From the NCBI GenBank assembly GCA_963666345.1, contig OY762721.1:2560001-2624000 (forward strand): a stretch of DNA of 64,000 nt, read 5' to 3'. The translations under genes were made by a program, and so were the position numbers. Below, piece after piece: positions 20,691 through 29,923 of the stretch. Origin of the DNA: Desulfatiglandales bacterium. Its GTDB lineage: Bacteria; Desulfobacterota; DSM-4660; Desulfatiglandales; Desulfatiglandaceae. Within the stretch, counting starts at the first letter, position 1; each line of letters begins with the position of its first letter. The notes under the pieces are model-generated. The model had not been told where the DNA came from, did no database searches, and saw nothing but the letters and a program-made list of their open reading frames with translations.

Positions 20691-21740
20691 ATGGAACTGC
20701 CAGAATATATAAATATCTCACCATGTCCAGCCGATATGTTGGGAAATATTATCGGACAGATAAAACCGACTAAAATATTTCTGATAACAGACACAAATGT
20801 CCATAAATATTGCTATTCACTTATTTCAGAAAATATTCCGCCGCATAATGTCGTGACTATATTACCGGGTGAAGACCAGAAGAATCTGCAGACATGCATT
20901 GATATCTGGAAGGCTATGACAGATGCCTGTTTGGACAGACACTCCGTTGTTATCAACCTTGGTGGTGGAGTAATTTGCGACATGGGTGGATTCTGCGCTT
21001 CGGTCTATAAACGGGGCCTCTCATTCATTCACTGTCCGACTACACTTTTATCTCAGGTGGACGCCTCTATTGGCGGCAAACTTGGAATTGATTTTGAAAA
21101 TTACAAAAATCAGATAGGTGCGTTTAATAATCCAAATTATGTAATTTTATCAAATGCTTTTCTGAAAACATTGCCGTTAAATGAACTACGATGCGGTTAT
21201 GCCGAAATGATCAAGCACGCGCTGATTAATAGCGTAGAAGACTGGGAAAAACAACTGTCAATGGACTTATCAGAAATTCCATCCGAAGAACAAATAATTA
21301 ATTCTATCAGCATTAAATACCAGGTTGTGTTACAGGATCCAAAGGAAACCGGAGTCAGAAAAGCACTTAATTTTGGCCATACCATAGGTCATGCCGTAGA
21401 AAGTATTCTTTTGGATGGCAAACAAATATCGATTACACACGGGGATGCAGTGGTTGTCGGATTGATTGCCGAATCCTGGTTAAGCTATAAGTGTTTAGGA
21501 TTAAAAAAGTCGGAATTGCACAGTATTTGTAGTTACATTACAAATTATTATCCCGAAATAGAGCTAAATGGAATTTCCGAACAAGATTTTTTTAATGCAT
21601 TGCTTCAGGATAAGAAAAACATTGGAAATAGAATCCTGCCTTCATTAATTAAAAGCATAGGCGAATGTATTGTTAGCGTTTCAGTATCTGCGGAATCATG
21701 CCTGGAAGCACTTAATTTTTATCGAACTATCTACAAGTAA
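20691..21740 (+). CDS. aroB: 3-dehydroquinate synthase
   Basis: GGGVICDMGGF, PTTLLSQVDASIGGK, EMIKH, LNFGHTIGHAVE, HGDAV. Confidence 0.9.
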   Translation: MELPEYINISPCPADMLGNIIGQIKPTKIFLITDTNVHKYCYSLISENIPPHNVVTILPGEDQKNLQTCIDIWKAMTDACLDRHSVVINLGGGVICDMGGFCASVYKRGLSFIHCPTTLLSQVDASIGGKLGIDFENYKNQIGAFNNPNYVILSNAFLKTLPLNELRCGYAEMIKHALINSVEDWEKQLSMDLSEIPSEEQIINSISIKYQVVLQDPKETGVRKALNFGHTIGHAVESILLDGKQISITHGDAVVVGLIAESWLSYKCLGLKKSELHSICSYITNYYPEIELNGISEQDFFNALLQDKKNIGNRILPSLIKSIGECIVSVSVSAESCLEALNFYRTIYK

Positions 21741-21760
21741 ACATTTACTAAGGTTAAAGC

Positions 21761-23104
21761 ATGGGAAATCATAAATGGACTAAAAACAGTTGGCGGTCAT
21801 TTCCCGCCGAGCAGCAACCACACTGGCCGGATATCCAATGCTATGAAGATGTTTTAAAGAAACTATCTGAATTACCATCTCTTGTGTTTGCAGGAGAAAC
21901 TCGCGCATTAAAACGACAATTGGCCGGTGCAGCCGAGGGAAATACTTTTGTATTGCAATGTGGTGACTGCTCCGAAGATTTTTCGAGATGTACCGGACCA
22001 CGTATCCATGCACTGATCAAAGTTGTTCTGCAAATGTCAATTATTCTTGCTTATGCAGGTGAAAAACGAGTTGTGAATATCGGCAGGTTGGCAGGACAGT
22101 ATGCAAAGCCACGTTCTTTAGATGTCGAGGTTGTGGGGGACAAAGAGCTACCTTGCTACCGTGGTGACATGGTAAATAGCTGCGAACCAAACCTGCAGGC
22201 TAGAACTCCAGATCCGCAAAGAATAATAGAAGGTTATTTCAGGTCAACCGCCACCCTCAATCTTGTAAGGGCTTTTACCAGCGGGGGCTATGCAGCACTT
22301 GATATGGTTGACGCATGGCATAAAGACTTTATCGATATGTTCCCGGCAAACCGGAAATACGAAAATCTTGCCAAGGATATCCGAAAAGCATTGACCTTCT
22401 CAAATGCCATCGGAATCGATATCCATGCTCCGCAGGCAAATCAAATCGTTCTATACACTTCCCATGAGGCTCTTTTGCTCGGTTATGAGGAAGCCATGAC
22501 CAGGATAGACACAACTACCGGCGACTGGTTTGATACCAGCGCACACCTGCTATGGATCGGAGATAGGACACGTCAATTAAATGGGGCACATGTCGAGTTT
22601 CTCCGTGGTATCGGTAATCCGATTGGCGTTAAGATCGGTCCTGACTATCAAATTGATGACATAAAAAAAATTGTACAAAGGCTGAATCCCTCCAATGTGC
22701 CCGGGAAGGTTACTCTGATTACTCGTTTTGGTTCAAAAAAAATAGCCAGTCTCCTGCCACAATTGCTGCAGGAAATGAAACGTGAGGGGTTTCAGATCGT
22801 GTGGCTCTGTGATCCGATGCACGGGAACACTTATAAGAATAGCATTCCCATAAAAACTCGAAATTTCGATGATATATTAGAAGAAACCCGCATATTTTTT
22901 GATATCCATAAATCAGAAGATACTGTTGCCGGAGGTGTTCATCTTGAATTGACAGGAGAAAACGTGACAGAATGTATCGGCGGCAGGCGCAACTTTCTTG
23001 CTCAGGACCTGCAAACAAACTATCAAACCACCTGCGATCCGCGCCTTAATGCTGAACAGGCAGTGGAGTTGGCTTTTGAGCTTGCAAATATTTTAAACAG
23101 ATGA
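21761..23104 (+). CDS. Class II DAHP synthase
   Basis: GDCSEDF, GRLAGQYAKPRS, SHEALLL.YE, WIGDRTRQ, DPMHGNT, CDPRLN. Confidence 0.93.
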   Translation: MGNHKWTKNSWRSFPAEQQPHWPDIQCYEDVLKKLSELPSLVFAGETRALKRQLAGAAEGNTFVLQCGDCSEDFSRCTGPRIHALIKVVLQMSIILAYAGEKRVVNIGRLAGQYAKPRSLDVEVVGDKELPCYRGDMVNSCEPNLQARTPDPQRIIEGYFRSTATLNLVRAFTSGGYAALDMVDAWHKDFIDMFPANRKYENLAKDIRKALTFSNAIGIDIHAPQANQIVLYTSHEALLLGYEEAMTRIDTTTGDWFDTSAHLLWIGDRTRQLNGAHVEFLRGIGNPIGVKIGPDYQIDDIKKIVQRLNPSNVPGKVTLITRFGSKKIASLLPQLLQEMKREGFQIVWLCDPMHGNTYKNSIPIKTRNFDDILEETRIFFDIHKSEDTVAGGVHLELTGENVTECIGGRRNFLAQDLQTNYQTTCDPRLNAEQAVELAFELANILNR

Positions 23105-23139
23105 GGACGAGCCTCACGGAATTAAGCAGGAGACGATAA

Positions 23140-23250
23140 TTGACCCGATTGATTCCTTTCAATCTCCGACCCCTTTGGGTGAGCGTTCGCTTCGCCGATA
23201 TCCGATTCGACGGCGTGAATATTGATGCGAGTCTTACCATGGCTGTCTGA
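23140..23250 (+). pseudogene. Collapsed remnant of a second wecE copy
   Basis: LTRLIPFNLRPLWVSVRFADIRFDGVNIDASL.. matches WecE start (LISFNRP) joined to internal RFVDIRPDTLNIDETL; upstream AAGCAGGAG..GATAATTG matches 14283-14301. Confidence 0.72.
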
Positions 23251-23323
23251 AACGAAAATGGAAACGCAGCTTTAGAAAACCTTTTTAGAAAACCTTGAAG
23301 AATGACGGAATCTACCGATAGAC
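23232..23323 (+). repeat. Right copy of direct repeat flanking the cassette
   Basis: Matches 15455-15533; carries an internal TTTAGAAAACCT duplication. Confidence 0.9.
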
Positions 23324-23356
23324 TTGGCTTGCATCTGCCGGGGATAGTTTAATAAT

Positions 23357-24853
23357 ATGGGAGCAATAAGTTTCGCTGATAATCGGTTGAAGAAGACGGC
23401 AAGATTTTTAACGATAATCCTTGTTCTTATTTCAGTTTGTATGCTGGGCAGATTTCTGTCATACGAATATAAACTCTTGAAGTATCCCTACCAGCTGATG
23501 GTGAGAGAATCACTGCAGTTGAATCACGCGATAATCATATCCGAAGGTAAGCCGTTATACGAAATAACCAAGGACCCGCCTCTTGCGATTGAACCTTACG
23601 GCCCCTTATACCCCGCCCTTGTTGCTCCTTTTATAAAGGTCTTAGGCAGGAGTCTGTTTGCTCCCCGTCTTGTTTCTTTAGGCTTTTTCTTATTGCTGGT
23701 TTTTTTTACCGCCTGCGCCGTATTCAGCCTGACTCGAAGCTGGCGCTTTGTGCTTATATCCATCGGCTTGAACGTCTTCATGTTGAACTGGGCAAGGTGG
23801 TTATTGATATGCAAGCCTGACAGCCTGGGAAACTTTTTATTGTTTATCACCCTGTTCATTCACTGGAAGTGGCCTTACAAAAAAACCGCTATTGCATCCA
23901 CCTTGATTGCCGGCATGCTCGGTTTTTTTTCAAAGGCCTATTTTGTATCAGGATTCGGTGCCATAGTCTTAAATTACTGGTTTATTCACAGGGACAAAAA
24001 GATGGCGCTTTCATATCTTCTGTATGGAAGCGCGGCCATAATTATTTCAATATTGGCAGCGGATTATATCACGGGGGGGCTATATTCCCTTTTCACGTTT
24101 AAAATCATGGCTGGCTGGGCCTCAAACAGCTATTCTTTTGCCTACCTGCTTTCAAAGCTGAAGGAGCTTGTATCTTATTTTTTACCGATACTGGTATTGA
24201 TTCCATATTGTATGCTGACAAAATCTTTTGATTATAAGCGTTATGGCCCTTTTTTTACGCATCTGGTGGTCGGGCTCCCTTTATTCGCGTTTCTTCTCGG
24301 TAATCCTGGAGCCGGTAACTACTACTGGTATTGCGTTATTCCGGCACTGATAGTAGTGGGCTGTGACCTCATAAAGAAAAGCCGGCCTGGAAATTTCAAG
24401 GTCATCATACCTTTATTACTGGCCCTCATTCTTATTATGGGTAACCGGGGCTATAGGGATTTGGTGCGAAATAAACTTGTCATACCGTCATCGGAACTGG
24501 CCGGTGAATGGACACCTGTTGCGGAACTGGTAGCCGCTGCAAAAGGACCTGTGATGAACGATGACGCTACCGCCATCCTCAATATTCATGAGGGGAAAAC
24601 CCTGTTTATGGAGGGATTGGGTTATTTTCAAAGCAGGGATTATCTTGTACGCAGGCATGGGTATTCTTTTATTGATGTCAACGAGCAGGTTGCGCAACAA
24701 AAATTCTCACTGATCATAAATCCTCAAAAGGAAATAGAGACTGAGGTTCTGAAATACTATAAACCGATCGGCAGCTACTCCGTCAGCCACCAATTCGGTG
24801 ATCACAGGCACAGCCTTGATCTTTTTGTTCCAAAAACCATTGCTGATTTGTAA
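23357..24853 (+). CDS. Polytopic membrane protein, GT-C (ArnT/GT39-like) glycosyltransferase
   Basis: About 11 TM; periplasmic loop PYGPLYP, APRLVS, KPDSL, FFSK; last gene of cluster with GtrB-like and flippase genes. Confidence 0.6.
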   Translation: MGAISFADNRLKKTARFLTIILVLISVCMLGRFLSYEYKLLKYPYQLMVRESLQLNHAIIISEGKPLYEITKDPPLAIEPYGPLYPALVAPFIKVLGRSLFAPRLVSLGFFLLLVFFTACAVFSLTRSWRFVLISIGLNVFMLNWARWLLICKPDSLGNFLLFITLFIHWKWPYKKTAIASTLIAGMLGFFSKAYFVSGFGAIVLNYWFIHRDKKMALSYLLYGSAAIIISILAADYITGGLYSLFTFKIMAGWASNSYSFAYLLSKLKELVSYFLPILVLIPYCMLTKSFDYKRYGPFFTHLVVGLPLFAFLLGNPGAGNYYWYCVIPALIVVGCDLIKKSRPGNFKVIIPLLLALILIMGNRGYRDLVRNKLVIPSSELAGEWTPVAELVAAAKGPVMNDDATAILNIHEGKTLFMEGLGYFQSRDYLVRRHGYSFIDVNEQVAQQKFSLIINPQKEIETEVLKYYKPIGSYSVSHQFGDHRHSLDLFVPKTIADL

Positions 24854-24987
24854 GAGAAGCTGCGTTATTTTTTGAAAGGTAATTCAGAAGAAGGTAAGTT
24901 CCCTGAAAAAGGATCTGGACCGTCTCATAATAAGCGGGACCTGGAACTTGGGGCGAGAATATGGGAGCTGATCTGCCGTATCTCAAC

Positions 24988-25020
24988 AAAGAAGGCCCCT
25001 TATTCTAAGGGGCCTTCTTT
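24988..25020. terminator. Bidirectional intrinsic terminator
   Basis: AAAGAAGGCCCCTT-ATTCT-AAGGGGCCTTCTTT between convergent genes. Confidence 0.88.
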
Positions 25021-25032
25021 CGTCTTAAGGTT

Positions 25033-26532
25033 TTATCGGATCTTTTTAGCCGGTTTTTTTGCCATACGCCATATGAAAAAGGCCGTAAGGATTATAAAAC
25101 CGCAGCTTATCGGCCTTTGAAGCACTATGAATGGGTTGTTCCTGCTCATTATGAGGGTCTGCTGGAAGGACAGCTCAAGCATGGGGGTCAGCACAAAACC
25201 TATGATAAAGGTTATGAAGCTTATCTTCAGCTTTTTCAGGAGAAAACCGAGAAAGGCGAAACCGAACATCATATATACGTTGAATATGCTGTTGTTGGCC
25301 ATATAGGCGCCGGTCATACATACGAACATTATGATGGGAAAGACTATGGCGCTTGATATGCTGAGGGCTTTTGCAAAGAATCTGAGCCCTATATTTCCGA
25401 TCAGAAGGTTTAAGACGTTGGCAATAAGCATTGCACCGTAGATGCCGTAGATGAGCTGTCCGTTTTCTTCAAAAAGAAGAGGTCCTGGTGTTACCCCGTG
25501 AATGATGAAAGCCCCGATAAGCATTGCAGATGCGACGTTTCCCGGAATACCCAGTGTGAAAAGGGGAATGAGATTGGCCCCGATGACCGCGTTATTGGCT
25601 GCCTCCGCCGCCGCTACGCCCTCTATGTTTCCTTTTCCAAATGAATCGGGGTCCTTGCTTGCCCTTTTGGCCGCGCCATAGCCTAGAAAGCTGGCGATGG
25701 TGGCCCCCAGTCCCGGAAGGGCGCCAAGGGCTGTCCCTATAAGACTGGAGCGGAAAATCGTTTTACCGCAGCTGCGGTATTCGGCCCAGGAGATGGTACG
25801 GTCGGCCTTGCTTATGTTTTTATCGAAAATGAGGCCGTTATCGCCTTGCTGTGCGTCATGCTTCATTTCTTCCAAACGAACTATTATTTCACTCAGCGCC
25901 AGAAGACCTATTCCCACCGTGATAACACTTATGCCCTCTTCAAGTTCCATGATGTCAAAGGCAAGACGAGGCATGGCGGACACTGGATCAAGGCCCACAC
26001 AGGCAAATGTTATACCCAGACATGCCCCTATGAGTCCTTTCAGCAGGGAGTCCGCTTCAAGACCGGCAATCATGGCAAGGGCGAAGACGATAACGGCGAA
26101 GATCTCCGGCGGCCCCATTTTAAGAGCGAGTGTGGCTATCGGCGCTGCAACGAAAATGAGCACAAGATCGGAAAAGGTGTCTCCTGTTACCGACGCATAA
26201 AGGCTTATCTTAAGAGCCTTTTCTCCCTTTCCCTGTTTTGCAAGCGGGTATCCGTCAAAGCAGGTAGCCGCGGCCTCCGGAGTCCCGGGGGTATTTAAGA
26301 GGATCGCAGCGATCGAGCCCCCAAAGGAGGCGCCTTTGTTGAGACCGATAAGAAAGGCCACTGCGATCAACGGGCCCATATAATATGTTATAGGCACCAT
26401 CAAGGCGATTGCCATGGGGCCGTTAAGACCCGGCAGGGCGCCCACGATGACACCTATGCCTACCCCCAGGGCAAGATATATTATGTTCCCCAGAGTAAAG
26501 GCGTCTGCAAAACCGGCGAGAATAGCTTCCAT
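25033..26532 (-). CDS. tctA: Tripartite tricarboxylate transporter, large permease
   Basis: GALPGL, ILLNTPGTP, DGYPLAKQG, EAANNA, TLGIPG. Confidence 0.95.
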   Translation of the reverse strand: MEAILAGFADAFTLGNIIYLALGVGIGVIVGALPGLNGPMAIALMVPITYYMGPLIAVAFLIGLNKGASFGGSIAAILLNTPGTPEAAATCFDGYPLAKQGKGEKALKISLYASVTGDTFSDLVLIFVAAPIATLALKMGPPEIFAVIVFALAMIAGLEADSLLKGLIGACLGITFACVGLDPVSAMPRLAFDIMELEEGISVITVGIGLLALSEIIVRLEEMKHDAQQGDNGLIFDKNISKADRTISWAEYRSCGKTIFRSSLIGTALGALPGLGATIASFLGYGAAKRASKDPDSFGKGNIEGVAAAEAANNAVIGANLIPLFTLGIPGNVASAMLIGAFIIHGVTPGPLLFEENGQLIYGIYGAMLIANVLNLLIGNIGLRFFAKALSISSAIVFPIIMFVCMTGAYMANNSIFNVYMMFGFAFLGFLLKKLKISFITFIIGFVLTPMLELSFQQTLIMSRNNPFIVLQRPISCGFIILTAFFIWRMAKKPAKKIR

Positions 26533-26570
26533 AGATTAAAGTAACTCCAAGTTTCCAAAAATGTCACAAG

Positions 26571-27032
26571 TTAAGGCAAAGGCATACTGAGGCCGTACCA
26601 GAGTGCCGCATACATGATAAGGGGTCCGGCTACGGCAACTGCCGATATCAGCGCAGGCCTTCTTTCTCCGCAGACAACCATCCCGGCTGCAATGGTAACG
26701 ATGCCCCCTGCGATATAGCCGAGAAATGAGAACACCAGGGTGCCGCATGCGAAAAGTCCAGCGTATTTTGCAAGGTGAATCCATGAGCCCCTGTTAATGG
26801 GGGCAGGGTCTTCATCTTCCTTTTTCCATGTGCCCGGCAGGTTTTTCAGGAGTAACAGCAGGGAAAGTATCCCCGTTACCGCCATGGCCGTAATCGGTAG
26901 TACATCGGATGGGGCGCCGAATTCTCCCGCCTCGGGGCACCATGCCGGGATAATAAAGAAAATCATTGCAATACTGAAACCGATAAGCATCAGGGCAACG
27001 ATAAAATCAGTCTTACGCATACCTTTCCTCAT
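26571..27032 (-). CDS. tctB: Tripartite tricarboxylate transporter, small permease
   Basis: 4-5 TM, ends in LSMPLP, lies between tctC and tctA. Confidence 0.85.
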   Translation of the reverse strand: MRKGMRKTDFIVALMLIGFSIAMIFFIIPAWCPEAGEFGAPSDVLPITAMAVTGILSLLLLLKNLPGTWKKEDEDPAPINRGSWIHLAKYAGLFACGTLVFSFLGYIAGGIVTIAAGMVVCGERRPALISAVAVAGPLIMYAALWYGLSMPLP

Positions 27033-27045
27033 TTTATGGGGAATG

Positions 27046-27083
27046 AAAGGGGGAGGGGATGGTTTTTCCTCTCCCCTTTTTTT
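27046..27083 (-). terminator. Hairpin between tctC and tctB (attenuator or mRNA stabiliser)
   Basis: AAAGGGGGAGGGGA..TTCCTCTCCCCTTTT inverted repeat. Confidence 0.6.
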
Positions 27084-27086
27084 CGG

Positions 27087-28031
27087 TTATTTCCCAAGCA
27101 GTTTCTTAAAACCTGCTGCGTCTTTTTCTATTTGCATCAGGGTATCGGCAGGTCCTTTGAAGACCTTGAGCCAGTGGACCTTACTCTGAATGAGATCGGT
27201 CAGTTCCTTGTCCTGGGCTGCCTTTTGCATGGCGCCGGAAAGTTTTTCCAGAATGCCTTTGTCAACCCCTTTGGGTGTGTAAACAAAGCAGTAGTTGACA
27301 AAATCAATATCATAGCCGAGTGATTTGAGTGTAGGTATCTCAGGAAAGTCCACAAGGCCTTTACTTGAAAGGGCTGCGAGGATTTTTGCCTTCCCGGCCT
27401 TTACATATGAATAGTGAATTCCTCCGCTGAAGCCGAAGTCCACATGTTTTCCCATAACGGCACTTATGACGGCCGCGCCACCCTTTGTGGGAACCGGTTG
27501 AATCGTAAGCCCTTCTTTGGAACTGATGGCTTTGGTAAAAATCTTGTCGATCGGTATAAGGGATGCGTAGTTTACAAAACCATTCTTTTTCCCATAATCA
27601 ATCATTTCCCGCCATGTGGAAAACGGCGCATCAGCGTAAGTCACGAATGCCTCCTGAGACTGACAGATGCTTCCCACAACATCAAAGTCCTGGTAAGTGA
27701 AAGGGGCCTTTTTTGCAAAATAGGGATTAAAGGTCAGTGCGGTTATCATGTTGATGCCTATGGTATAGCCGTCCGGTTTGGCCATCTTCAGGCTCTTTGC
27801 ACCCAGTGAGCCGCCTGCGCCCCCCTTGTTTTCCACTATCACCGGCTGTCCCAGTTCGTCAGCCATATGCTTTGCAAGTATCCGTGCGATAGTATCGACA
27901 TTGCCACCCGCCCTGAAGGCCGCAATCATCTTTATAGGCCTTTGAGGGTATTCGGCAAAACAGGTTGATGAAAAGGAAAGACATAAAATAAAAAAAGATG
28001 TCAAGAGGGTTAAGGTTCCGATTTTTTTCAT
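27087..28031 (-). CDS. tctC: Tripartite tricarboxylate transporter substrate-binding protein (Bug/TctC)
   Basis: Signal peptide, YPQRPI, AGGNVD..AR, VENKGGAGG, KPDGYT, PTLKSLG. Confidence 0.93.
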   Translation of the reverse strand: MKKIGTLTLLTSFFILCLSFSSTCFAEYPQRPIKMIAAFRAGGNVDTIARILAKHMADELGQPVIVENKGGAGGSLGAKSLKMAKPDGYTIGINMITALTFNPYFAKKAPFTYQDFDVVGSICQSQEAFVTYADAPFSTWREMIDYGKKNGFVNYASLIPIDKIFTKAISSKEGLTIQPVPTKGGAAVISAVMGKHVDFGFSGGIHYSYVKAGKAKILAALSSKGLVDFPEIPTLKSLGYDIDFVNYCFVYTPKGVDKGILEKLSGAMQKAAQDKELTDLIQSKVHWLKVFKGPADTLMQIEKDAAGFKKLLGK

Positions 28032-28062
28032 GATGGGTTCCTCCTTGAAATATAAAAAGTGT

Positions 28063-28878
28063 TTAATTTTCTACCCCTGCCAGACGGTAGGCGCCCTCAG
28101 GATGTGACGTATCGCCACAAGCGCCCCTACGGGTCATTTCTGTAAAATAGATCTCGTCCCACTCCACGTTTGCAAGATTTACATGGGTGCCGAATTTGCT
28201 TACCATCCAGAAGAGTATCTGGGTCTTGTACGACTTGGTTACATCCGGAAGATACTGAACCGGAAGTTCGAACATGAGCTTTTCAGCAGGTATCTTTTGC
28301 ATTAATTCCTCTATTACATCTTCGCGGATGTCTCCATGGAACAGCTCATGGGCCTCCAGCAGGACGCACTTGCATCCAGCCTCCATGCATAGTTCGCAGT
28401 CGGCGATAATTTCATCCCCGCTCATAACGCCCTCTTTGCGGCCAACCTCTCCCATCACCACAAGTCCGAAATCATTGACCGCCTTTTTTATGGCCGCCCT
28501 TTTGTCGCCTGGTGAAAGTTTTATGAGATTGTCGCTAACTTCGATCCCTGAAAAGCCGAGATCAATTGATTCCTGAAGGTATTTTTCAAAGTTGCCCTGT
28601 ACAAGGGCAAGCTCGGCAAAAAGACCGCCTGGGAAGACAAAGATCCCGGCGTCCTTGTAGGCATTGATCTTTTTTTCGAGGTAGGGCTTTGGTGTAACTC
28701 CGGCAATGGATCCGGCTATCTTGGCCTCGTCCACGTAGAGACCCTGGCTTTCGATCAGGTCCAGCTGCATGTTAAAGGGGAGACCCCAGTCGATCATCAT
28801 GGTCTGCCCCTTGGTTCTTGGTTTGTCTTCCCTTTCGGGCATCGGGATGCTTCCATAGGCAAATGTAAGTTCACTCAT
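28063..28878 (-). CDS. comA: ComA-family (phosphosulfolactate synthase-like) protein, divergent
   Basis: KPRTKGQTMMIDWGL, FPGG, IEVSD, GEVGRK, VNLANV, E.TRRG..GDT. Confidence 0.85.
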   Translation of the reverse strand: MSELTFAYGSIPMPEREDKPRTKGQTMMIDWGLPFNMQLDLIESQGLYVDEAKIAGSIAGVTPKPYLEKKINAYKDAGIFVFPGGLFAELALVQGNFEKYLQESIDLGFSGIEVSDNLIKLSPGDKRAAIKKAVNDFGLVVMGEVGRKEGVMSGDEIIADCELCMEAGCKCVLLEAHELFHGDIREDVIEELMQKIPAEKLMFELPVQYLPDVTKSYKTQILFWMVSKFGTHVNLANVEWDEIYFTEMTRRGACGDTSHPEGAYRLAGVEN

Positions 28879-29671
28879 TCATATTCTCCTTAAGATCCTG
28901 TTTCTTTTTAACTGGTTGTGGGTAATAGCCCAGGTTGTATGAGATTTCTCCTGCCGCACCTCTCAGCTCACCGGCTAGGGTTTCAATTTGATCCCCGAGC
29001 ACCTTTACCGTGAGGCCTGACAGACTGATGGCCCCGAGCGGTCTGCCTTCCGGGCCCAGGATAGGAACACCGAGGCCGGATTGACCCAGAAGTGCTTCTT
29101 CCTCGGAAATGGAATAGCCCCGCTCTTTAGTCGTATCAAGTTCCTTCCTGATATCATTGACGTCGGTAATGGTGCGTGGTGTATAGGGTAGAGGGACAAG
29201 AGAATCCAGGTATCCATCCAGTTCCTCCTTTGAGACCGAAGAGAGAAAGGCCTTTCCCAGGGCCGTGCAGTATGCGGGAACTCGAGGGCCAAGCCGGCTC
29301 GGCTGCTCTGCGTGAGCCATCGGGGTGGATTGAAGGGATACGAGTATGGAGTCCCTATCCCAGATCCCTATCCTGCAAACAACACCGGCGTCATTTGCCA
29401 GCCGGCAGGCTATCTCTCTTCCTTCCCTGTTTATCCTCAGGTTCTTTACGACAATTCCACCCAGCTCAATATATTTGGCTGCCAGCATGTAATGGGCCTT
29501 TTTTTTGTCATAATCGAGATAGCCTGTTTCCCGCATGGTTGTCATGATTCCGTAGGCTGTTGCCTTGGCAAGTCCGAGTTCTTTTGAAACCTCCGCTAGA
29601 GTTAGTACCGGCTTGTTTGAGCTGAAAAGGGATAAAATGGAAAATGCGCGGCTGACGGATTGTATTGGCAT
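28871..29671 (-). CDS. IclR-family regulator
   Basis: IQSVSRAFSIL HTH, PAYCTALGKA, RGYS, AISLSG. Confidence 0.93.
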   Translation of the reverse strand: MPIQSVSRAFSILSLFSSNKPVLTLAEVSKELGLAKATAYGIMTTMRETGYLDYDKKKAHYMLAAKYIELGGIVVKNLRINREGREIACRLANDAGVVCRIGIWDRDSILVSLQSTPMAHAEQPSRLGPRVPAYCTALGKAFLSSVSKEELDGYLDSLVPLPYTPRTITDVNDIRKELDTTKERGYSISEEEALLGQSGLGVPILGPEGRPLGAISLSGLTVKVLGDQIETLAGELRGAAGEISYNLGYYPQPVKKKQDLKENMNE

Positions 29672-29702
29672 GAGTCCTCCTTATAATGTCGAATGGTATA
29701 CG

Positions 29703-29731
29703 ATTATATTTTATGCAAAAAGTCATGTCAA
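29703..29731 (-). promoter_or_regulatory. Consensus sigma70 promoter for iclR-comA-tctCBA
   Basis: Minus strand TTGACA-N17-TATAAT. Confidence 0.8.
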
Positions 29732-29829
29732 ACAAAAATCCAATTTTCCGTTAATATCATGTAATATATTGAAACAACTATTATTATAGCTAAATAAATG
29801 GAATAATACTCTTGATTTGAAAGAGTTTC

Positions 29830-29859
29830 TTGACAGCAGAAAGAAAAAATAAATAGAAT
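29830..29859 (+). promoter_or_regulatory. Sigma70 promoter for sulfatase-ASST
   Basis: TTGACA-N18-TAGAAT. Confidence 0.65.
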
Positions 29860-29923
29860 ATCATTCGATAATGTTTAATACCAAATTGAAATATGACTGA
29901 ATTAAGAAAGGAGTATATCGCAA

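Noticed and set aside
15540..23240. Integron cassette array or IS-borne island
   Set aside because: No attC-like repeats between genes, no integrase or transposase; genes form a tight operon
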